From Longimicrobiales bacterium (GTDB lineage Bacteria; Gemmatimonadota; Gemmatimonadetes; Longimicrobiales; Gaopeijiaceae): 64,000 bases of DNA. Location of the stretch: NCBI GenBank assembly GCA_041690395.1, contig JAWLHJ010000001.1, positions 416,001 to 480,000 on the forward strand, given 5' to 3'. This document shows, piece after piece, positions 54,890 through 62,489 of the stretch (position 1 is its first letter; each line of letters opens with the position of its first letter). The notes under the pieces are model-generated. The model saw only the letters and a list, made by a program, of their open reading frames with translations. It ran no database searches and was not told the origin of the DNA. A program made the translations under genes and the position numbers.

Positions 54890-56448
54890 CAGCCGGAGCC
54901 GCGCGACCCTTCGTGGATGGCGCGCAGCAGGCTGTCCCGCTCCATGCCGTGCTTCTCCATCAGCCGGTAGAGCGTGGTGCGGTCCACGCCGGCCATGCGG
55001 GCCGCGTCGGAGATGTTGCCTCCCGACGTGCGCACGACGTTGGTCAGGTAGTCGACCTCGAACTGCGCGAGCACCTGCTCCCGGGCGGAGTGGTAGTCCA
55101 TGTTCATGATCGACTGGGCGAAGCGCGCGGTGCCGTCGCCCTCCTGCCCGGGCTGGTCGTCGATGAACACCAGGTCGTCGGCCGCGACTTCGCCACCGGA
55201 CTCCGCCATGACCACCAGGTGCTCGATGACGTTCCGGAGCTCGCGCACGTTCCCCTTCCAGGGCGCCCGACGGAGCGCGTTCATCGCGTCGTCGGAGAAG
55301 TAGGGCGGCTTCCCTCCGTCGCGGTGCTGCTTCCAGAACTCTTCTAGGAACTGCGTCGCGAGCACGGGGATGTCTTCCGGGCGCTCGCGGAGCGGCGGGA
55401 TGTGGATGGGCACCACGCGGAGGCGGTAGTGCAGGTCCTTGCGGAGGTACCCGTCCTGGATGGCACGCATGGGATCGCGGTTGGTCGCGGCGATGAACCG
55501 TACGTTCACCACGGCGTCGGTCTTGGTGGAGCCGACGCGGCGGACCACCCCGTCCTGCAGCACCCGCAGAAGCTTCGCCTGCGTGGGGAGGGGTAGCTCG
55601 GTGAGCTCATCGAGGAAGAGTGTGCCGCCGTTCGCGACCTCGAGCAGCCCCTCCTTCTCGCGCACCGCGCCCGTGAAGGCCCCTTCCACGTGCCCGAACA
55701 TCTCCGACTCGAGGAGGTCCTCGGGGATCGCGGCGCAGTTCACCGGCACCATCTCCCGGCTCCGCCGCCGGCTGTGGAGATGGATGTACTGCGCAATGAC
55801 CTCCTTGCCCGTGCCGCTCTCCCCGGTGATGAACACCGACGCGTCGGTGCGCGCCACCTTCTCGGCCAGCGCGATGACCTTCCTGAGCGCAGCGCTCTGG
55901 CCGTAGAGCCGAACCTGGTCACTGTGGCTGTCGGAGGGACCCGACACCGAGGCCTTCCGGTTCTCCACGTCCTTGCGACTCTCGCGCGCGATGACGACCG
56001 CGTGGGCCGCCCGCCCCACGAGGATCTCGAAGTGCGTCGCCGAGAACGGCTTCGGCAGATAGTCCCACGCCCCGGCACGAAGTGCCGTGACGCTCGACTC
56101 CACCGACGGGTTCCCCGTCATGACGATGACGATGGTGTCCGGATGCGTCTCGAGCGTGGCCTCGAGTAGCTCCAGCCCGGAGACCTGCGCCATGTAGAGG
56201 TCGAAGAGCGCGATGTCGAAGCGCCGGTTCTTCACCAGCCGGAGCGCGTCGTCACCCCGCCCGTTCACCGTTACGTTGAACCCTTCGCTCCGGAGCAGAG
56301 ATGCACAGCTTTCGCGGAGCGAATGCTCGTCGTCGACCACCAGCACCTCGATGGAGCTCCGCACCTCGGGATCGACCGCGACGAGGTCCAGGTCGGGTCC
56401 AGAGGGCGCCGGTACTCTGCCACCGGGAGCGGTGTGTCGTTGCTGCAT
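54889..56448 (-). CDS. Sigma54-dependent response regulator (REC-AAA+-Fis HTH; NtrC/PrsR-like)
   Basis: VVDDE, FDLYM, GESGTGKE, ESEMFGH..GAFTGA, LFLDE, WKGNVREL, NISDAARMAGVDRTTLYR. Confidence 0.95.
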   Translation of the reverse strand: MQQRHTAPGGRVPAPSGPDLDLVAVDPEVRSSIEVLVVDDEHSLRESCASLLRSEGFNVTVNGRGDDALRLVKNRRFDIALFDLYMAQVSGLELLEATLETHPDTIVIVMTGNPSVESSVTALRAGAWDYLPKPFSATHFEILVGRAAHAVVIARESRKDVENRKASVSGPSDSHSDQVRLYGQSAALRKVIALAEKVARTDASVFITGESGTGKEVIAQYIHLHSRRRSREMVPVNCAAIPEDLLESEMFGHVEGAFTGAVREKEGLLEVANGGTLFLDELTELPLPTQAKLLRVLQDGVVRRVGSTKTDAVVNVRFIAATNRDPMRAIQDGYLRKDLHYRLRVVPIHIPPLRERPEDIPVLATQFLEEFWKQHRDGGKPPYFSDDAMNALRRAPWKGNVRELRNVIEHLVVMAESGGEVAADDLVFIDDQPGQEGDGTARFAQSIMNMDYHSAREQVLAQFEVDYLTNVVRTSGGNISDAARMAGVDRTTLYRLMEKHGMERDSLLRAIHEGSRGSG

Positions 56449-56514
56449 CGGTCGGCTTGGGCCTTGTGGTAGGCGGATTCGGGAGGGAGCGGGGGACTCC
56501 AATCTTCGACGACT

Positions 56515-56543
56515 GTTGCACGGATACAAGGGTTTCGTGCAAC
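56515..56543. promoter_or_regulatory. Inverted repeat, candidate upstream activator sequence
   Basis: GTTGCACG-N13-CGTGCAAC, about 90-115 nt upstream of the sigma54 site at 56629. Confidence 0.4.
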
Positions 56544-56628
56544 CGAAGTGCGTCGTGACTGCTACATGTGTCCTCCTTACCACACGCGTCCGGGCCGAGG
56601 AACCCTGGCCCGGTGGGCAACGTAGGCG

Positions 56629-56644
56629 TGGCGTAGAGCTTGCC
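56629..56644 (+). promoter_or_regulatory. Candidate sigma54 -24/-12 promoter for wzc
   Basis: TGGCGTAGAGCTTGCC, GG-N10-GC spacing; divergent from the sigma54 activator gene. Confidence 0.6.
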
Positions 56645-56715
56645 GACACGAGATCTTCTTTATGAGCCGTGACGGCGGCTCGACCACTCTCATCGCCCAC
56701 GGAACCCAGGCGCGC

Positions 56716-59160
56716 ATGTCCGACAACGAGCTGACTCGACGACCGAACGACCTTCCCGAAGAGAACGGGACAGGCCGCGGTCGTGCCGTGGAGCCGGAGC
56801 CGTATGCACCGATGGGGGCGCCAGCTCCCTACTATGGCGAGTTGGAGGAAGAAGGCGGAGGCATCGACCTGCGTCGCTATCTCTATGCGGTGCTGCGCTA
56901 CAAGTGGTGGGTGGTGGCTGCGGGCATCATCGGGGTCGTGGGCGCGGGAGCCGCGTGGCAGTTGACGCCGGTGGGTTATACGGCCAACGGCAGTCTCTGG
57001 CTCGAAGTGCAGCCGCAGGGCGGGGGCGGCACTGGCGACGTCACACCGATTCGCGCCAGCGGATTGCTCCAGGCGGGTGCCTGGATCGAGCTGCTGCGTT
57101 CGAACTCCGTACTCGACTCGGTGGTCGTGAAGGAGAAGCTCTACGTGAACGCGCCCATGGAGCATCGCGACGCGTTCGAGACGCTGGGCCTGGCCGACCA
57201 GTTCCGGCCCGGGCGGTACGCGCTGGAGGTCGGCTCGGATGGTCGCGCGTTTACGCTTTCCACCTCCGACGGCGTGGTGGTGCAGCGAGGTGAATTCGGC
57301 GAGGCCATCGGGGCGGACGTCGGGCTGGTCTGGCAGCCCCAGGTCGGCTCGTTCCCGCCCAACTCCGAGATCGAGTTCGCCATCATGCACCCCCGCGACG
57401 CGGGGCGGCAGCTCTCCGAGCGACTGGTCACGGGCATCGATCAACAGGGCAACTTTTTAAGCCTCTCGCTCCCGGGCCGCAATCCCGAGCAGATCGCCAG
57501 TGTGCTCAACTCGCTCATGGAGCGTCACGTCGAAGTGGCGGCCGAGCTGAAGAGCGGTCGCCTCCAGGAGACAGTGGCGATCCTCGAGGAGCAGCTGGTC
57601 TACACCGAGAACGAGCTCGCCCAGGCCGAGCAGGACCTCGAGGAGTACCGGGTCACGACCATCACCCTTCCGTCGGACCAGTCGACACCGATCTCCCCCG
57701 GGCTCGAGCAAACGCGCGATCCCGTGTTCACCAACTACTTCGACATGCAGGTCGAACTGGAGACCATCCGCCGCGATCGTGAGCAGCTCGCCGACGTCGT
57801 GGCGTCGTTCGAAAGCGAGGGCGTGCGCATCGAGGCCCTCGAGACGATCCCGTCGGTGGCCCAGTCCTCCGAGATGTCCGTCGTGCTCGACGAGCTGGTC
57901 CAGGCCCGTTCGGAGCTCCGTGCGCTCCGCGAACGGTATTCCGACGACTTCCCGCCGGTCGAGGACCTGCGCGAGCGCATCGAGACGCTCGAGACGGAGA
58001 GCGTGCCGCAGCTCGCCCGCGGCATCCTGCGTGAGATGGAGGCGCGGGAGAACCAGGTCGCGGGGCGGGTCGCGTCGGCCGGGTCCGAGCTGAGCGAGAT
58101 CCCACCCCGGACCATCGAGGAGGGGCGTCGTCGTCGCCGTGTTCAGATTACCGAGACGCTCTACAACGAGCTCCGGAGCCGGGTGGAGACCGCGCGGCTC
58201 GCCGCGGCCAGCTCGATTCCGGATGTGCGCATCCTGGACCGCGCGACCCCGCCGCAGATTCCAAGCGACGACCAGCGGATCATGTTCGCGGGCCTCGCCC
58301 TCCTGGCTTGCCTGGGCACCGCCATCGGCGGCGCCCTCCTCGTCGATCGCTTCGACAGCCGCTTCCGCTACGCAGGCGATGTGCAGAAGCAGTTCGGGCT
58401 CGACATTCTCGGGAGCATTCCCCGGATCCAGCAGGCCAAGGTGAAGGGGCGGAAGGGCGCGCTCAACACGGCTCAGGCCCTCGAGGCGTTCCGGGAGCTC
58501 CGGATTCATCTGGGCTTCGCGTACGGCTCGGCCGGGCCGGTGACCGTGGCCGTCACGAGCCCCTCGGCCGGAGAAGGGAAGTCGCTCATCTCCTCCAATC
58601 TCGCTGTGGCGTTCGCGGAGGTGGGCCGCCGCACGCTCCTCATCGACGGCGACACACGCCGGGGTGACGCGCATCGGCTGCTCGGACGCGAGCGGGTGCC
58701 CGGTCTGGTCGACTACCTCCGGGAACGCTCCGGCCACGACATCATTCAGGCCACCGACATCGAGAACCTGGATTTCATCGGTTGCGGCACCCGCGGCTCG
58801 TCGACGCCGGAGCTTCTGGCCTCGAACCGCCTCGCCAGCTTCATGGGGACGCTGAAGCGGTCGTACGACGTGATCATCGTCGACTGTCCTCCGCTCGCGG
58901 CGGGCGGCGACGCGGTCATCCTGGGGTCGCTGGTGGGGAACATGGCGTTGGTGCTCCGGACGGGCACGACGGACAAACATCTCGCGCAGGCCAAGCTCGA
59001 CCTGCTCCAACGTCTACCGATCCGGCTCCTTGGGGCGATCCTGAACGACGTCGATCCGACCGGCGGATACGACTCGTACTACTACACGACGTATTTGCCG
59101 GACTACCAGCCGATTCCGGAGGAAGAGGACGAGGAGGGGACGAAGCTGCTGTCCAGCTAA
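56716..59160 (+). CDS. wzc: Polysaccharide co-polymerase / tyrosine autokinase
   Basis: Wzz-type N-terminus (IDLRRY..AVLRYKWW + TM), coiled coils, second TM, Walker A SPSAGEGKS, IDGDTR, IIVDCPP, C-terminal Tyr cluster YDSYYYTTY. Alternative start at 56662. Confidence 0.93.
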   Translation: MSDNELTRRPNDLPEENGTGRGRAVEPEPYAPMGAPAPYYGELEEEGGGIDLRRYLYAVLRYKWWVVAAGIIGVVGAGAAWQLTPVGYTANGSLWLEVQPQGGGGTGDVTPIRASGLLQAGAWIELLRSNSVLDSVVVKEKLYVNAPMEHRDAFETLGLADQFRPGRYALEVGSDGRAFTLSTSDGVVVQRGEFGEAIGADVGLVWQPQVGSFPPNSEIEFAIMHPRDAGRQLSERLVTGIDQQGNFLSLSLPGRNPEQIASVLNSLMERHVEVAAELKSGRLQETVAILEEQLVYTENELAQAEQDLEEYRVTTITLPSDQSTPISPGLEQTRDPVFTNYFDMQVELETIRRDREQLADVVASFESEGVRIEALETIPSVAQSSEMSVVLDELVQARSELRALRERYSDDFPPVEDLRERIETLETESVPQLARGILREMEARENQVAGRVASAGSELSEIPPRTIEEGRRRRRVQITETLYNELRSRVETARLAAASSIPDVRILDRATPPQIPSDDQRIMFAGLALLACLGTAIGGALLVDRFDSRFRYAGDVQKQFGLDILGSIPRIQQAKVKGRKGALNTAQALEAFRELRIHLGFAYGSAGPVTVAVTSPSAGEGKSLISSNLAVAFAEVGRRTLLIDGDTRRGDAHRLLGRERVPGLVDYLRERSGHDIIQATDIENLDFIGCGTRGSSTPELLASNRLASFMGTLKRSYDVIIVDCPPLAAGGDAVILGSLVGNMALVLRTGTTDKHLAQAKLDLLQRLPIRLLGAILNDVDPTGGYDSYYYTTYLPDYQPIPEEEDEEGTKLLSS

Positions 59161-60095
59161 GCTTCGTACGCCCTCACCCGGAAGCTTCCGTCGTCCGCCT
59201 GCGCGCGCCGGAGCGCCATGGTGGCCTTCAGCAGCAGGTCCTCGGCGCTGAGCGGATCGCTCCCGCGCACCGCGCAGAACCCGGCCCGCAGCTTCCGGAG
59301 CTCCTCGAAGCTCATCGCATCGAGTCCCTGCTCCTGCGCGACCTTCTCGGCCGCTTCCATGATGCGGTCCGCGAGACGGACGGCGCCTTTGTCGTCGGTG
59401 CCGGGGGCGACGATGACGAACTCGCCCGGTCCGAGGCGACCGACGGTGTCGGAGACGCGGGTGGTTGTCTTGAGGGCTCCGGCGACCCGCCGGGCGATCT
59501 CCTCGATGAGCGCCTGGGTGGCCGGCTGCTCCTGCTCCTCGGCGCCGAGCACGTGGGGCCCGAGGGCGATGCACGCCATGGGACGGTCGTAGCGGACGGC
59601 GTCCGCGCCGATTTCCTTGGCCCGCTTCAAGATGCCCCGCACGTTGTAGAAGCCGGTGCCGGGGTCGGTGAGCCCTTCCTCACGCGTGCGGTCGGAGTCC
59701 TGCTTGGCCCGCACGAACGTGTCCATGCGGAGGACGAGCTCGTTGGGGTCGACCGGATGCGTGAGGATGTCCCACGCCCCCGCGCCCAGCGCTTCCAGCC
59801 GCTCCGCCTTCCCCACGCTGCTCGCAGTGATCATGAGCATGGGCGTGGTGGGCTGGATGGTCGGCGACTCTCGCAGCTTCCGCAGCAGATCGATGCCGTC
59901 GATGTCCGGCAGATGCACGTCGACTATGACGGCATCGGGGTTCACCTTGGTGACGAGCTCCAGCGCCTGCTGGCCCGTATAGGCCTTGAGCACGACGTGA
60001 CCCTTCGGGCGCAGGATGCTCTCGATGGACCGCGAGGTCCATTCCTGATCGTCGACCAGGAGCACGAGTGGGGTGAACTCAGGAGCGTTGTCCAT
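59157..60095 (-). CDS. Response regulator with a degenerate GGDEF domain
   Basis: REC: LVDDQ, IVDVHLPD. GGDEF fold: TDPGTGFYN, RVSDTVGRLGPGEF (GGDEF replaced by GPGEF). Confidence 0.85.
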   Translation of the reverse strand: MDNAPEFTPLVLLVDDQEWTSRSIESILRPKGHVVLKAYTGQQALELVTKVNPDAVIVDVHLPDIDGIDLLRKLRESPTIQPTTPMLMITASSVGKAERLEALGAGAWDILTHPVDPNELVLRMDTFVRAKQDSDRTREEGLTDPGTGFYNVRGILKRAKEIGADAVRYDRPMACIALGPHVLGAEEQEQPATQALIEEIARRVAGALKTTTRVSDTVGRLGPGEFVIVAPGTDDKGAVRLADRIMEAAEKVAQEQGLDAMSFEELRKLRAGFCAVRGSDPLSAEDLLLKATMALRRAQADDGSFRVRAYEA

Positions 60096-60296
60096 GTACG
60101 CGGGGGTATCGAGTTGAGTGGCGCGCATTGCGGCCGTCACCAGGCTGGGAGTGAGTCGAGGTGACCCAGCTTGCAAGAAACGTGCGCGAAAACCGGCCTA
60201 TCATCTGGGCGTTCGGGCTGTCCCGGTTGTGGTGCTCGTGCCCGCAATTGTTGCGGACTCGCGATGTTTTTGCCGCATTCCCGAGCCCCGTTGTAC

Positions 60297-60312
60297 GGGC
60301 CCGAGCTTTGCA
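60297..60312 (+). promoter_or_regulatory. Candidate sigma54 -24/-12 promoter for the export gene
   Basis: GGGCCCGAGCTTTGCA, GG-N10-GC spacing; palindrome CCGCAA-N3-TTGCGG at 60242-60256 upstream. Confidence 0.4.
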
Positions 60313-60326
60313 CCTAGTTTGTGACC

Positions 60327-61106
60327 ATGCGTACTCCAATGGTAGTTCTGGCGCTCGCCGCCTTCCTGATGCTTCCCGCGCTCGGCGCGGCCCAGACCCT
60401 CCTCGAGACGGATCCCGGGAACTCGGTCCGCACGCGCGACGATCTCGAGCGGCTGGTGACGTTCTACGAGGAAGTGCTGGCCTCGCCCGCGTACTCCAAC
60501 CGCATGAAGCAGGAGGCCCGTACGGGCATGGAGCGCGTGCGCCAGCGGCTCAGCGCCGGCGACTTCCGCGTCGGCGACCGGATCGTGATGTCCGTGCAGG
60601 GCGAGCCCCAGCTCCCCGACACCGTGGCCGTCGAGACGGGCCCGAAGATCGTGCTTCCACTCTTCGGCGAGATCTCGCTGGCGGGGGTGCTGCGCTCGGA
60701 GATCGAGCCGCACCTGACGCGCGAGCTCGGCCAGTTCATCAACAACCCGGTCGTGCGCGCGCAGGGGCTCATGCGGCTGTCGATCCAGGGGCAGGTGGGG
60801 CGGCCCGGCTTCTACGTCGTGCCCGCCGAAATGCTCGTGGGCGACGCGATCATGACGGCGGGTGGGCCGGGTCCGCAGTCGGATCTCGACAAGCTCCGCA
60901 TCGAGCGGGCCTCGAACACGCTCGTAGGCGGCCAGGAGCTCCAGGAGGCCATGCGCGAGGGGTGGACGCTCGACCAGCTCAACCTGCAGGCCGGCGACCA
61001 GATCGTGGTGCCGCAGCGGGGCGGGGGCATCTGGGGCACGGTCGGGCGCGTGGCCCTCGGCGCGATCCCCGGGGTCCTGATCGCGGTGCTGATCGGGCGG
61101 CGCTGA
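60327..61106 (+). CDS. Polysaccharide export protein (Wza/OPX-like, SLBB domain)
   Basis: Signal peptide, FRVGDRI, LPLFGEISLAG, GQVGRPGFY, AIMTAGG, LQAGDQIVVP, C-terminal hydrophobic helix. Confidence 0.85.
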   Translation: MRTPMVVLALAAFLMLPALGAAQTLLETDPGNSVRTRDDLERLVTFYEEVLASPAYSNRMKQEARTGMERVRQRLSAGDFRVGDRIVMSVQGEPQLPDTVAVETGPKIVLPLFGEISLAGVLRSEIEPHLTRELGQFINNPVVRAQGLMRLSIQGQVGRPGFYVVPAEMLVGDAIMTAGGPGPQSDLDKLRIERASNTLVGGQELQEAMREGWTLDQLNLQAGDQIVVPQRGGGIWGTVGRVALGAIPGVLIAVLIGRR

Positions 61107-61119
61107 GCGCCCGGGGTCC

Positions 61120-61560
61120 CTACCCCGCCCGCTCCCCCTCTTCCCCACCCACCTTCGCCATCGCCTTCTCGAGCACCTCGACGAGCTGCTCGGTGGAGAA
61201 CGGCTTCTTCACGACGAACTCCGCGTCGTTGAGCGCGCTCGCCAGGATCGGGTCGACGTCGGCGTAACCGGTGGTGAAGACCACGGCCATGTCGGGGCGG
61301 GTGGCCCGGAGCCGCTGCGCGACCGACGCGCCCCAGCCGTCCGGGAGATTGATGTCCATGAGCACGACGTCGATGTGACCGTCGTGGTTCTCGAGGACGT
61401 CCATGGCCTTCTCCGCGGACTCGGCTTCGAGCACGGTGAAGCCGCGGGCCTTGAGGAGCCGGCAGGTCACGTTGCGCAGACGATCGTCGTCGTCGACGAA
61501 GAACACGGTTCCACGGTTCACGTCGGACTCCGCTCCGGGTTGAGGCTCGTTCGGGGTCAC
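61120..61560 (-). CDS. Single-domain response regulator
   Basis: FVDDD, LMDINLPD, TTGY, KKPF. Confidence 0.9.
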   Translation of the reverse strand: MTPNEPQPGAESDVNRGTVFFVDDDDRLRNVTCRLLKARGFTVLEAESAEKAMDVLENHDGHIDVVLMDINLPDGWGASVAQRLRATRPDMAVVFTTGYADVDPILASALNDAEFVVKKPFSTEQLVEVLEKAMAKVGGEEGERAG

Positions 61561-61623
61561 GATCTGAGATCCTTCCGGCTCCGTGGAGCCGTCGGGGAAT
61601 CAACCTGTCCTTCTTTGAGACGG

Positions 61624-61639
61624 TGCAAGGTATGGACCA
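61624..61639 (-). promoter_or_regulatory. Candidate sigma54 -24/-12 promoter for the single-domain response regulator
   Basis: Minus strand TGGTCCATACCTTGCA, GG-N10-GC spacing. Confidence 0.45.
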
Positions 61640-61641
61640 CC

Positions 61642-62430
61642 TCAGCCCTTCGCCAACTCCTCGAGCACGAAGTCGTGGATGCGACCGTTCGAGCTCACGC
61701 CCGAGCCTCCGTGGATCGTGGCCTCACCGCCGAGCGTGGTGAACTTCCCGCCCGCCTCCGTGGCGATGGTGAGGAACGGGCCGGCGTCCCACGAGGCCAT
61801 GACCGGATCGATCTGGGCTTCGATACGGCCGGTCGCCACGAGGGCGTGGCCGTAGCAGTCGCCCCAGGTGCGGCTGAACGCGGCCTGCTGCTGGATGCGG
61901 CGCCAGCCGGGGCCCTCGGCCCGGGCCAGGAGCCGCTCGACGTCGGTGGTGCATACGACCGACTGTCCGATGGTGGCCACGTCCGAGACCCGGCATGGCT
62001 TCCCGTTCCAGGTGCAGCCGAGCCCGGTGCCGGCCGCGACGGTCTCCCGTAGCGGCGGGAAGTGCGCCACGCCCACGGCGGCCTCGCCCTCCACCTCGAT
62101 GCCGATGAGCACGCCGTACAGCGGCACGCCGCGCATGAAGGAGCGGGTCGCGTCGATGGGGTCGAGGATCCAGCGGACCCGCGCGCCCTCGTTCGACTCG
62201 CCGTACTCTTCCCCGAGGATCCCGTGCTCGGGGTAGCGCTCCTCCACCCGCTTGCGGATGAGCTGCTCCGCCTCGCGGTCGGCGATGGTCACGGGCGACC
62301 CGTCACCCTTGGCGTCGTGCTCGACGACCCGGCCGTAGTAGGTGAGCGAGAGGTCGCCGGCCTCGTGGGCCAGCTCGGTGGCGAAATCGAGAAGCTCGCG
62401 CACCTCGGTGCGTTTCGCGGTATCGGTCAT
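61642..62430 (-). CDS. hisN: Inositol monophosphatase family protein, probable histidinol-phosphatase
   Basis: KGDGSPVTIADREAE, ILGEE, WILDPIDAT.SF.RGVP, GDCYG...VATG, WD. Confidence 0.75.
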   Translation of the reverse strand: MTDTAKRTEVRELLDFATELAHEAGDLSLTYYGRVVEHDAKGDGSPVTIADREAEQLIRKRVEERYPEHGILGEEYGESNEGARVRWILDPIDATRSFMRGVPLYGVLIGIEVEGEAAVGVAHFPPLRETVAAGTGLGCTWNGKPCRVSDVATIGQSVVCTTDVERLLARAEGPGWRRIQQQAAFSRTWGDCYGHALVATGRIEAQIDPVMASWDAGPFLTIATEAGGKFTTLGGEATIHGGSGVSSNGRIHDFVLEELAKG

Positions 62431-62446
62431 CGGGATATGCGAGGGG

Positions 62447-62489
62447 GAGGACTTCAGGAAGAGGACTTCAGGGAGAGGAACTTCAGGAG
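62447..62489. repeat. Three imperfect 14-15-bp tandem repeats
   Basis: GAGGACTTCAGGAA / GAGGACTTCAGGGA / GAGGAACTTCAGGAG. Confidence 0.75.

Noticed and set aside
56449..57444. N-terminal 332 aa of the 851-aa ORF 54889..57444
   Set aside because: This is antisense shadow of wzc plus intergenic DNA; the REC domain starts only after the ATG at 56448.
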